DNA of 39,307 bases from NCBI GenBank assembly GCA_900088475.1, contig FLMG01001239.1:1-39307 (forward strand). Reading direction: 5' to 3'. This DNA is from Hyphochytrium catenoides (taxonomy: Eukaryota > Protista > Hyphochytriomycota). The position numbers and the translations under genes were made by a program. Below are positions 1 to 11,726 of the stretch, one piece after another (positions within the stretch are counted from its first letter, which is position 1; every line of letters starts with the position of its first letter). The notes under the pieces were generated by a model. The model saw nothing but the letters and a program-made list of their open reading frames with translations. It did not search any database and had not been told where the DNA came from.

Positions 1-648
1 GAGTAACGGCAACAAGCTACTAAGCCGACTGATGAGTGAGATCGAGGTCGCCCGCTGAGAGAAGAAGAGGAGGAGCGAGGGCGCACCAATCCTGGGCCAC
101 AAATGGTGACAAACAAATGATAAAGCCTAGTCATTACTCTGTGTGCAGGAGCCAAACAAGACTGTGTGCGTTTGCTCGGCCGTGTACGGTCCCGCCGGTT
201 ACCGGCGTGTCTGGTACATCTGATAGTTCCGTGTAGCTGATCCGGTGTGGCGCTTATCTCTCACTGTCTCCTGCCATGAGAAGTTACCCTTATGTTCCAT
301 CCTGTTCTTTGTCCTCCTCTCTATCTCCTCTCTTCTCTTTGTCTCGTCGAGCAGCAGCCCCGCGTTCTCTGCTAGCTCCCTTCTGGTCATCCGCTTTCTC
401 AAAGATTCCCTGTGCCGGCTGACGTAGAGGGCATGACCCATGCTTCCTCCTTGGGCTGGCCCTTAACCCCTAAGAAGAGGCCAAGGTCGCTGCGCCTGTC
501 TGATCGGCAAATCGTTAGCAATGAAGTCTCTTCGCTCGATGGATGTGATGTTCCTCGTAGCTTTGCCATGGTCCTAGCCCTCTGATCGTTCTATCTCTAT
601 GGTGAGTGGCTAACTTGCTGCAGCAGTTCTCTCTAACGGTTGCATGTC

Positions 649-649
<1 letters not shown>

Positions 650-693
<44 letters not shown>

Positions 694-760
694 CCTCCCT
701 CTCTGTCTTTCTCTGTCTTTCTCTCTCTCTTTCTCTTCTTTCTCTCGCTCTTTCTTCCTT
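650..760. repeat. (CT)n microsatellite decaying into a CT-rich tract
   Basis: Perfect CT run about 650-684, degenerate pyrimidine tract to about 760. Confidence 0.95.
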
Positions 761-909
761 TCCTGTTGGTTCCTTTACCTGGGGTTCTCCGGACCCCGTG
801 ATCTCTACGTAGTCCTATTGGTGCCAAGACACCCGTCCGATGAGCAATGTCTCCTGGCTTTACTCATCGCCAACGACTCTCCCCTCCAGGGCTGGATATA
901 GCCAGCAAA

Positions 910-970
910 TGAGAGAGAGACAGAGAGAGAGGCATACAGAAAGGCCGACAGAGAGAGAGAGAGAGACAGA
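910..970. repeat. Degenerate (GA)n tract
   Basis: gagagagaga cagagagaga ... gagagagaga gagagacaga. Confidence 0.85.
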
Positions 971-1205
971 CACTGAAGATAGAACCAGGAAGAAAGACCC
1001 TATCGATGGTTTCTCTTTCTCTCTCGATCGTCTCCGCCAACGACCTGCCAAACGCGCCATCCTTTCTCCCAATTCCATAGCTCTATAGAGAGTGCCTTGA
1101 ACGTCTTCACCGTGTATCTTCTGCTTCCAACGCGCCCCTTCCTCTTTCTCCTTATCATGTCGCTGACCCTTTCTCCCCTAGACAACTAGTGTGAAACCAC
1201 CACTG

Positions 1206-1206
<1 letters not shown>

Positions 1207-1252
<46 letters not shown>
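1207..1252. repeat. (CT)23 microsatellite
   Basis: Uninterrupted CT dinucleotide run. Confidence 0.97.
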
Positions 1253-1255
<3 letters not shown>

Positions 1256-1788
1256 CTAACCGCTTGCTTCTTCTCCTCTCTCTATAATTGCATCATCGTT
1301 GGCTCCTTTGTCTGTCTGCCTGGCTTCAATCAATAAACAATGAACTACCTTCGTTGCCACTCCGTCTTCTTCTTCCTCATCCGTTCTTTCTGTCCCTTTG
1401 CCCGTGGCCCTCTCATTCCCACAGTTCCATTTGCAGCTCTAGAGGTCGTCTCACACCTCAATTTGCCGCTTGGAGCCCTGGCCTGGAGCTGCTTTGCAAA
1501 GCTCTTCTCTCAGACCTGCTATAGTCAAGGAGCATACCCTGAAGGATACACTGTTCTTCCTTCTAGCTGTTCTTCAGTTTCCCTCAGGCTCCATCTTCCT
1601 CTCAGCTCTCTGATAACAGAATCTCTAGATCTTGGGGCGGGCGCCTTGCATTCTCGCCACTGCTTTTATTGGAGGCTGCTGGCCCTGGCATCTCACACCA
1701 TTTGGCTGCTCTTGATCTGCTTCTTCTTCATCTTTCTTGACTTTTTTTCTGCTGCTTCTCCTTTCCCGCTTGATAATAAGAGAGAGAG

Positions 1789-4700
1789 ATGCACCCTCGT
1801 GTCTCCTCTCGTCTTCTTCTTTCCTGGTGCCGCTCGACCCTTGGAAGATCTTCCCTTCAAGGAGTCCAGAGCCAGACTCTGGCTCCGAGGAATGTCTCTA
1901 TCCTTGGCGGCGCTGTCAATGTCACGAGTCGGAAGCCTTCTCTGTCAGCGGTGTATGATGCAAGGAGCTCTGCAGTACGAAGCATCAGAACGAAGAGAGG
2001 GCAACTTCTTCCACGTCAGAGTCCTCCCTCTACATCCTTTCACCAGGTTATAGACAACGTGCTGCTGCTCTCTCTCCTGGGGTTGGGCGGGTTGCACCTG
2101 TGGAATGCTCATCACAGGCAGAAGCTGACCTATCCAGAGCTCAAGGTGGAGACACCTGTCGAGGAGGAAGACAATGCTGAGGACTCTTCAGCGCAGCCAA
2201 TTGAGGAGCAGCGTCTTTACTCAGAAGAGATACTGCCAGAGCTCAGACCTGCCTCTAATGTGAACAACGAACCAACGGATGCGGAGGCCGCTGAGCAAGA
2301 AGAGACTGTGGGGCGGGAGGTCCCCAAGAGCGATAGAGGCCCCAGCACTCGTTCAGACTCCTGGTCAACAGCGGTGGTCCGGCGTAGTTCCTCTGCGACT
2401 GCTCTACTGGGCCCGATGATGGGAAGAGGAGAGAGAAGATCCTGGCACTGGAGCTCGCAGGAGGAAAGGGATAGCGACGGAGTTGACGCTCCGCTATCAG
2501 CTGATGATGATGCAGCAGCAGCCCTGCGTGACAAGTCAGCCTCCACTGTCCTGCCCGACCGACCGTCTCCTGTCTCTCATCAGCAACCAGAAGAAGCAGA
2601 GGCAGCCACGTCCTTACAGCCTATCGATGCCTCTCATGAGCGCTCTCTCCTCCCTGACGAGCTGTCCAATATTCCCAAAATGACTCATCAAGCATCCAGC
2701 AACTCCCCATCAGCCCTCCTACTAGTACCTTCTTCCTCTATCTTTGAAAGTTCTCCCGGTAGCTCTGATGACGCCAAAGGGTCAGGCTGCACTTCATCAG
2801 CCGGCCCATCATCCCCAAGACTGTCTGAGGCATGGGAGCGAGCTGAAGAGGAGAAGCCAAGCGCCCTCCTTCCGCCAATTCACTCCTCCCCTTCTTCCCC
2901 AAGCCTCGATGAGACTATGACGGCATCTCCAGCATTGTGTTCCCCTCTCGCCGGCGAACCAGCAGTAGTAAGGAGCCACGACGATCACTCAATCGCTCCG
3001 CAGTTAGCCGCAGATCCACGCCTGAAGCCTGTTCAGCGCGCAGAGGAAGACGATTCTTGCCAGCAGCCGCCGCTGTCAAGGACCAACACACCCAGCGGCA
3101 ATCCGTTTGGGCAGCAGCTCTTTGAGCAACAACTTCCACAGCCTGTGCCCCAACCACCACTGGCTCTCTCTTTAAGCTCAGATACAGGGCTCTCTACTGT
3201 TTATCCTGAACCTTCAGCAGCCGCAGATCAGCCTGCACGCACTCCGGTCACGGATCACACGCCTAACCAGCGTTTGTTGGACCATCCTTCTGAGCCATCC
3301 AGATCAGGCTCTGACACAGTGGAGGACAACACTCCCAACCAAAGCCATAATAGCTCTCCGCCTTCCACTGGCAGCATCTCATTATCTCCGCTAGCTTCTT
3401 CTCCAGTTGACAAGCTCCTGAGCGAAGTGCCGGCTTTAGGTGTGGCTCCGTCCTCACTGCTGGAGCCTGACGGCGCGGAGGCGAGTGAGGGCATGGAGCA
3501 AGAATCCAGATTCAAGACTGAGTCTACTACCGAGGCTGTTAGAGTCTCTAGCCCTTCTTCTTGTCGTATGGGACGGGAGCCTCAGCGGCTACTCGACCTC
3601 GTTACTGCTCCGTCTTCCAACGATGATGGCAGTGCCTCTGCTACAACTGTTCGGACGCTACGAAGTCTGATGACGAGCCAACCAGAACCTAACCAGCAGT
3701 CAATCCAACCTTCTTCTGCTCATCAGGAAGGAGGCACAGTGGAGCCTTCTTCTTTTCCAGACTCTTCAGCTGAGGACGGCCCGCTCGTCGAGCCTCTTCT
3801 TGCCCTCCAGCAGCTCCTTTCAGAAGGAGAAGCGCCTTCTACGACGGTGACTCCTGAGGTCGCCGTGGCTGGGACAGTCCATCCGCTTTGTTCTCAATCC
3901 TCGAGTGGTGGTGGCTCTGAAGAAGCTTCTTTGGATTGGGCTTCGGTGGACGAGGATGACATCTCCATTGATCCTGATGCCTATGTATGGCCCCATCACC
4001 GGGCAAGCGCGACACAGCAGCCTGTTCATCAGTCATCTTCCTACGACTTCGAGGCTGATGTTGAGCTGGGCGACGACTACTATGATGATGGTACAACTGC
4101 AGGATGCCAGGCAGAGGAGTTGCAGTCCGAGCAGCAGGCGGTATTCATGACGGAGAGCAATGATGGTGCTGTCTACTTCCGATTGACCCTTGACGACCAG
4201 CAGCAGGCTGTGCAAAATCCTAGGACATCAACATCTTTGCAGTCCCCAAGAGGAGAGGAAAAGAGACTGAGACCAAGCTTCCAGCGTCCGATGACTGAAG
4301 AAGAAGAAGACTTCAGTGTGAAGAATGCAGCTGTTGAATTGTCAACAACATTAGACCCCACACCTCCGGAATTTGAGGTGGCTGCTGCTATCCACTGGAT
4401 GGCAGAGGCAGACGGCACGACGAATGATGGCAGCGCCGCCTTAGAAGAAGTCCGCGCACCGTCAGCCGTATCAGCTCCCACATCAGAGCCCAGCTCTTCT
4501 TACACGACTACTACCGCCACGGAACTAGTTCCAGAGCTTGTCGAGCCAGAGCTGGATGTGCAGCCTCATACAGCAGCAGCAGCAGCAGCAGCGCCTGACA
4601 ACGATGGGGTGCCAAGCGATGACGAGGATCTATCTCAACATTATCCAGAAGGAGTTCTGTCCCAAGCTGGTGATGCTATTGATGACAGCATAGAGCTTCA

Positions 4701-7166
4701 GCCCTCGATAGGAGCAGCAGTGGACTCTCAGCTCTATGATGACGATAACCAGATAATGGAGGAGGAACATGAGGCTGCACAACGCCTGACCGCCGCCCTT
4801 ATACAAGCTGAAGAACATGTCAACTCTTTCACCTCGGAAGCTTCCTTTGAGGGCACTGACGTCCCATCAGGTATGTAAGGGTCTGCACCCGCGTTCAAGC
4901 GTATGACTAATGCTCAATCCTCTACTACTGTCTCGTCAGACCATCTCTCTACGGATCAACTGCCTGTGAGCTTGGCTTTGGACCTTCCTCCAAGCTCATC
5001 GTCGCCCAGTAGCGAGCAGCTCCAGCTGCTTCTCTCAGCATTTGAAGACTCCGCTGCACAGAAGGAGAACAACTCCGCGAGTTCTTTCTCTTCTTCCGCT
5101 TCGATCGCCAACAGTCTTTCAGGTGCGCGTGCCAATTTCTTAAGGCTTGGTGGAGACCGTGATAGCACCAGTTATAGCTTGTCTAAACGCCTACTACCCT
5201 GTGCTCTTGCTCCTCTCGCTCTCTATGTCAGCTGCACTCAATGGACCAGCTGCTACTTCTTCGGGACTTCGCTTTCATCCTAGCCCGCGGCATGTACTCC
5301 GTAAGAGCGATGGTCCCACTGAAGGAAGACAGGCCATTGTGCCTCGATGTGCTGGTGTCTTAGTGGCCCGTACACCGACAGAAGCAGCTCCTTCTGACCT
5401 CGAGGGACAGGAGTTCTCGGCAGAAGCAGGAAATGCGTCCTTAGACAACCAAGAAGAAGAGCCCCGACCGTCAGTCCACAAAGCTTTTCCGTCCTTTCAG
5501 CAGCTTGTTCTCCATCTCATGACCTTGAGGATGGTCGTCTTAGCGTTCTTAACAGTTATTCCTGCATGCTTTCTAGAGATTTGCCTGGAGGCGGCGCCTT
5601 CTCAAGACGACGAGAAGCAGCGGAGATCTTCGCCTTGGCAGGGCTACAGAGCATCGATCAGACTGTCAGTCTTCCACAGCAAGTCCAACAGGCGCAGGTA
5701 GGAAAGACAGGCAAGCTCGCTCACAGTTTCTGTTCCCAGAACAAGATCACTTCTTTGCCAATAGTTTTCGCGTCATCTCCAACCTTTCTCATTGTCTTTC
5801 TATCTTATCCTGTTCCTTCTCTTCCTTCCCATTGCGTCCTCTCCTCAGGTCATCTTTGCAGCTCTATGTGTCTCGATTCAATATCTGATAGTCAGTGATG
5901 AGGAGGTTCCACTCATCCACCCTCTTTCTTATTAGGCCATGCTATCCCAGCGTATCGTCGAGCTTCAATCAAGATCTGAACCTTCAGTCTCTGACCTGGT
6001 GGAGTTGTCAAAGCTCCACTATTCACGCGGCAGACTCCATTCTGTTTTGCCTGGAGCAGAGCAGCAGGCTCTGGAGGACTACAGGTGCCGTGAAGTGCTC
6101 ATCTACTCCTTGCATCAGACCTCATATAACTTCTTTCTTACTCCTTCTGGTGTGTCTCTGACTAACCACTCCTCGCGCTAGATATTCTTCCCACCTCATC
6201 CTCATCGCTGATCTGTCGTCTTCTTATGTCCATGCAGAGCAGCAGTGGCCAACGGGAGCAAAGCTCTGCAGCTCCCTGAGGGAGACGCCTTCCGAGAAAC
6301 TGTCGGAAAGATCCTGTCCGATGCCTACGGCCGCCACACGCAGGTAATGTGACGAGTCTTCACCCTTGTCTATCCCTTATTACTAGCTCATCTTCAAGGA
6401 GGAGCTCTTTGACTTAGCAGATCTATCTCTTGTCTTCGCTAGCTCCTAATGACAGCCACCAAGTACGCGGAAGCCGTGGAGTTTCTCATTGAGGCGCCGC
6501 CGTTCGAAGAGTTTATTGAGGAGGCCAAGTAAGCAACAAGCAAGCACGGCTTTCCTCACTTCCTTTGTTATCAATAGCAGATTAATTCTCTCCTTGATGG
6601 TCCCTTGCCATCATCTTTGCCTTTGTTCTACTCTAGGGAGATCCTGGACAGAGAGTACGAGCGGCTCTCTCAGCTTGAGAAGGAAGCCATCCGTCAAGGT
6701 ATGACAGGGAGGAAAGCAATGAGAGATTATAGCATTGAATATAGCCTCTTCGTGGTGGAGAGTGGTTGCACATCAGCTTGGATATATATTATCTCACAAC
6801 GCTGGCATCTTTTGCTCCCGTGCTGCCTTTCTCTGTTCTCACCTCCTTGTGCGGTAGCCTGCGCGGAAGGTAGAGGTGGCGGCCGCTGGGATGGTGAGCC
6901 ACTGGGCGGGCTTTACACGCGTCTGGTCTGGGACCTAAGTGCCAGCCTTCAGGACTTAGACTACGCTTTGGGTTGTGCTCCACCTGAGCCTGGTAAGATC
7001 CTCCTCTTCTTGGCTTCTGGTCCTGGTATCATTATTGCCTAGTCTGCCCAGTCATCTGTGACTCACCTCTCTTTCTCGCTATCATCCTCCTTCCCTGTCC
7101 GCTACCTACGCCCACCGGACGGCCCTAGTGTTTCACGATGAAGATGGTGACGATGACTATTGGTGA
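1789..7166 (+). CDS. Large 10-exon hypothetical protein: basic presequence-like N-terminus, one TM segment, very long acidic S/P/E/Q-rich disordered region, helical (TPR-like) C-terminus
   Basis: 1029-codon first ORF ends at a donor (G|GTATGT, 4870/4871). Phase-consistent GT-AG exons about 4940-5122, 5232-5469, 5577-5697, 5936-6084, 6238-6343, 6443-6528, 6637-6698, 6858-6991, 7129-7166, ending VFHDEDGDDDYW-TGA. TM candidate VIDNVLLLSLLGLGGLHLW. LHYSRGRLHSVLPGAEQQALEDYRAAV resembles a TPR. Confidence 0.8.
4571..4591 (+). repeat. (CAG)7 coding repeat read as poly-Ala
   Basis: cagcagcagc agcagcagca g within the 1029-aa ORF (TAAAAAAAP). Confidence 0.9.
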
Positions 7167-8284
7167 CATACTTACAAGCACAAAGACAGATGTGCTGCCC
7201 AGCCACGACGCTATCCCTTTTCATAGATTATTAAGTTATAACGAATAGTAAGCGTCAGCTATTTATTGTGAGGTCAGTAGACCAAGACGCTCATTAATCT
7301 CAGATCGTCTCTTTGTCCCTTGCTCATCGTTAAGTTGTCTTGCATAATAGAGGCCGTAAGCTATTTGAAGAACAGAGCGGCCAAGGACAGAGCAGCACCC
7401 TAAAGAGTTACTTGAAGACAGAACTGAAAGCCATGGCCTCCAGGCATCACTAGGTAGACAGGAACAGTTCATTTGATGCCACACATAGAGCAATAAGGAT
7501 GTCTGGACCTTCTAAGGGACGGCCACAGCAACCTATGTGCCGAAGCATCACAAGGCAGAATTGAGCAACATGGCCAGAAGCCTTACGGAGGGCTGTTTGT
7601 TACTATGAGAGCTTTCTTTTGGCCAGAAGAGGCGACGATCTCCGTCCACTCATGAGACATTCTCTGTCCACAGATCTCTGGGATGCAGGGAAGATCTTCT
7701 CTTGAAGCTTCAGAAATGTGGAAGCTCCGCCTTACCGCTGACTGATGAACAGCCGCGAGAGAAATCTTCAGGACGAGTTACCCAGAGGACAAACATTCCT
7801 GAAATAACCATCACTCCTTAGACGTATTATTTTGACCTTCTCTCTTCCACATACTTTGACTCTTTGGATTTACACCGTACCTTTCTAGAAATAGTATTAC
7901 TACACCTAGGAGTGATGGTCTCTTTGGCAGAGAATGTTGGTCCCGAAAGGCAAGGGGAAGGAACTTTGTGGGAACTTTGTTGGGCCGCCCGTATCTCTGC
8001 CCTCTCGCACTCTCACCGGTATAGACTATTAGCATTGTGGTATCTATCTCCCGTCTCTCTGTCTGACAGCTTTTGGTGTAACGCTGTCATCCACCGTAAA
8101 GATCGCTGCTAGGAGCCAGTGATGGCCTTTGGAGGTCCCGCTGAAGGCTTTAGAAGGGCGAAGACCTGGGTCAGGACGCGCTCTCCCAGACACAAGGCAC
8201 TCGATAATCTACCTGGACAGCAGGAAGACAGAACGCGCACTAATACGGAGACCAAGCGATTACCGGGAAGCAAAGTAGGCACAA

Positions 8285-9806
8285 ATGGCAGCGGAGGAGG
8301 TGGTGCTGCTGAAGTCTTCTCCTCCTCTCCCCACTACGTTGAACCTGAACTCCAGGGTGGACAGCCCAAGACAAGCCCTCCCAGGACAAGGCCTGCTCAC
8401 ACCTTCCCAAATCACTCTTCCCGCTCCCATTAGCACTCTACCTGGTGGCTCTAGCGAGCCATTGCTCAGCAACACAACGACAGAGACGGCCACTGCAGCT
8501 GTTGTTGAGGAGGAGAACGGCTCTACTATTCCACTGGGTCTGCTAGATATACCTTACGATGAGAAGGATCTCTTTCTCAAAGTTGAGTCAACGAACTGGA
8601 CAGCAGACAGTGTAGAGCCAGAGGCTGAAGCACGTCCAGAGGATGAGAATGGTTGTGATAAATCATCGACTGGGACGAAAAAGAAGCCTTGTGATATTTG
8701 CTGGGAGGAGTATGTGCCAGACCAGTTGCATATCTCTCTCTGTGGGCCACGCTGCTCAGAGGTAGCGAAGAACATCCAGCATGGTGTCTGCCAGCAGTGC
8801 ATCAATAAGTACCTTCATTGTATCTTAGATGACGTCCCTTTTGGCCTTATACCGCGACTGCGGTGTCCCATCTGTCACAGACAAGCTGGCGTCAGACAGC
8901 TCTACAATGAAATGACATCATCCCTGCTCCAANNNNNNNNNNNNNNNNNNNNNNNNNNNNNNNNNNNNNNNNNNNNNNNNNNNNNNNNNCAGCAGGGCAA
9001 GGCGGGAGCTCAGCAAGACTCCAGCACTAGGAAACAAGGTCTTGAGTTTTTATGCAGCCTACAAGCGCTTCACTGACTGCCAGGCGACAGCAGAGGAGCT
9101 GTACAACGCTCTGGTTGAAGTGACCTCAGGTGGGACGGTGGACCTGAATCTTGTGGAGACCTTGGCGATGGCGATGGGAGATCCAGAGCGCGCCGCGGTC
9201 TTCATGCACTGGTACTGCAGGCGGAATCCGAAGATATACACCGCTTGTTGTGAGGCACCCGTCTGCTATTCATGCCATGTGGAGGGCCATCATGAGGGTG
9301 TGACCTGCGAGGATCTCTTGCAGATGATTGATAAGGATAATGCCGCTGCTTATGGTGTGGAGACTGAAGATCTGGTAATGCAATGTCCCGAGTGTGACGT
9401 GCGCTTCGTGAAAGGTGATGGCTGCACGTCCTTGCTGTGCTTCTGTGGCGAGGAGTTGGACTATGACGAGCTAATGTATAAGGCGATCGACCGGCGTAAC
9501 AAGGAGAGAGAACTAGCACGGCTGTCTGAAAAGGTCAAGTCGCAAATGAGGTTATGGAGCCAGAGAGCTAGGCATAAGGCATTCTTTTCCCGACAACTGG
9601 CTGTCTCTCTACAGGAGTATCTCCTAGAGGCGCGTGCAAAGAGGTTAACAAGAGCAATCAAAGAGGAGAGATGCCCCTTTAGGCAGGCTCTGTTACGGTA
9701 CGCAGACTATTTAAGGCGACGAAAAACCTTTCGCAGGAAAGTGCTCGCACTCCTGCCTTATGGCAGGCTGGACTACTTGCAACGGAGACGACCAATATCA
9801 AGATGA
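8285..9806 (+). CDS. RBR (RING-between-RING)-type E3 ubiquitin ligase, interrupted by an assembly gap
   Basis: RING1-like CDIC...C...HGVCQQC...CPIC before the gap. After the gap, in another frame open from 8991: IBR-like CCEAPVCYSCHVEGHHEGVTC and RING2/Rcat-like CPECDVRFVKGDGCTSLLCFCG. The frame offset is explained by an estimated gap length. Confidence 0.85.
8933..8989. other. Assembly gap (57 N)
   Basis: Run of n in the sequence. Confidence 1.
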
Positions 9807-10172
9807 TGAGCGAGCTCAAGCACCGCCTTAGCGACTTCGGCTCTGGCTGTTCAACTACCATAGAGAGCACCTTTCTTTCAAGGAAGGACTGCTGCTCCTT
9901 GTTCAGCCCGACTTGGCCGTCTGTAGGGTTGAGTGAGACAAAGGATGGCAGGAGACGGTATTTGTTATAGAAGGAACACTAGGTGGTGGCGCAGTAGGGG
10001 CCCATCGGTGTGATCAGTATTACATGTCAGTGAGGGGATTCAGCTCACTCTTCTAAGGCAGAGTCTAAGCGCGTCTTTAATAGCAGCCCCGAATAAAACT
10101 CTTTCTGTTGCTGCTGCCGACAGCGTTGAATTCTTTCTCCCTTCTTTAAAGCTCCGGCAACTGATGATGGTT

Positions 10173-10266
10173 TTAACAGCTGGAGAGGAATAGGGAAGGT
10201 ATAACTCTGACTCGTTAACAGCGCACTCCTTCTTAACAGCTGGAGAGGAATAGGGAAGGTATAACT
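10173..10266. repeat. Two exact 34-bp direct repeats, period 60 bp
   Basis: ttaacagctggagaggaatagggaaggtataact at 10173-10206 and 10233-10266. Confidence 0.95.
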
Positions 10267-11700
10267 GCGAAAGAAGTCTACGTTTCAAACATCTGAAGCC
10301 GATGATGGTTTTCATGGATGTCAGAGAGCAAGTGAGTATGAACAGTCTACATTTTATGCCACCAAGGAACATACTGTGCTGAAGATATGTTCTAGCAACT
10401 ACGCAGAAAAGAAGGGACCCCTGAGTAAGAGCTACGAATTCTAGGTGTTTTCATCTCTCTGTCCGCAGCCACTATCACTATCAGAAACGGAGGAATCATA
10501 GTCGAGTTCCTCAGCAATGATAAGAGGAGAGGATGAGAGAGTGAAGAAGAGGCACCATGCCCATCCACATACTCTTCTACAAGGGAAAGCAACCGAAGGG
10601 CCCAACAACAGCTGAAGAGGAATGCGCTTCAGTTTCACATATCCTGGCAAAGCTCGCCCTTATATAATGGACTAGGCCTCTGTTATTTATAAGCAGCAGC
10701 CAAACAACGAGTGCCACCGTGATGGCCGCCTTTGCCTTTGTTTTTGCCTTACCTGATATGCATGCTGCCAACAAAGAGCAGCGGCATTGTGAACAAGAAG
10801 ATTGTCAATCGGGAAAAGACGTTGTCAAGATGAAGGGAAGGTTCAGCAGAGGGAACTGGGTGGTGGCTATAACTTCAGTGCATTCATTGCTGCAACCACT
10901 ACCATCAAACAGAGAACAGGATGGCCGTCTCTCTCTCTCCCGCCTGCTGCTTCATTAGCACAGATATATCTATTTCCTACGAGTCTCAAAGATGGCGATG
11001 TCCTTCTCTCAGTCAAGGAAGACGGAATGGTGCTCTAACTGCACTACTCATCGAAACTCAATGCATGCAATGCACTGGACTAAGCCCCAAAACTCGTCTC
11101 CCCTAACATCCTCCTCCCGTCCTACCTTACTTCTATTTGAGGGAGAGGAGGTTGCGCGACTGTGGGGAGGCGGGAAAGAGATACGGTCATCGGATACTTC
11201 TAGGTCGGAGTGGTAAGACATTGATTATGGGGTGGTGGTGCGGAGATTACACCTCTTACGCTTCTCTTCATTCCTTGTTCTCCTCCCCTTCTTATTCGTC
11301 TACCTTTCCCCTTGGTCTCCTCGCCGCCCTCCAAGTGTTGAACAAGCGGCCAAAGCACGAGCTTCTCCTCTATCTCTCCCTGCAACCGAGATGATCCACT
11401 TCGCTCACATTAGTTCCCTATAACAGTTCTGCAGTCGTCGCAGCAAGCAACTCTTCTTGTCGTTGAATGGAACTACCGGCGTGGTGCTGCTCTTTGCTTC
11501 CTTCCCTCTCTCTATGTTGAGGAGCAGTAATGATGATGGGCGATCTCCTATCGACTTCACAGGGAAGCATGCGGCGAAGAATGAAGACTTCTTTGGTCCT
11601 CTTCACTAGAGGAAAGAATCGTACCAGAATGCTTCTTATGCCAATCATGGAAGCAGAGCAGGGTTTTGCATTGTGCTGGTCTTTCTTCTTAGCCAGACTC

Positions 11701-11726
11701 TGCCAGTCCTCTTTGCCAGTCCTCTT
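11701..11726. repeat. 13-bp tandem duplication
   Basis: tgccagtcctctt x2. Confidence 0.9.

Noticed and set aside
606-1088. ORFs with SLSLSL / ERERER runs
   Set aside because: Translations of CT/GA microsatellites.
1439-1538. Possible 18-22 nt ultra-short introns on the minus strand
   Set aside because: All well-supported introns here are about 60 nt or longer, and removing these does not give a convincing gene.
1340-2053. 237-aa plus-strand ORF
   Set aside because: Overlaps the 1029-aa ORF out of frame, is driven by pyrimidine-rich composition and has no motifs.
8933-9076. Apparent frameshift or pseudogene in the RBR gene
   Set aside because: The frame change coincides with an N-gap of estimated length.
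10173-10266. CRISPR-like repeat-spacer-repeat (34 bp / 26 bp)
   Set aside because: Only two copies, non-palindromic, the spacer contains part of the repeat, no cas genes, eukaryotic context.
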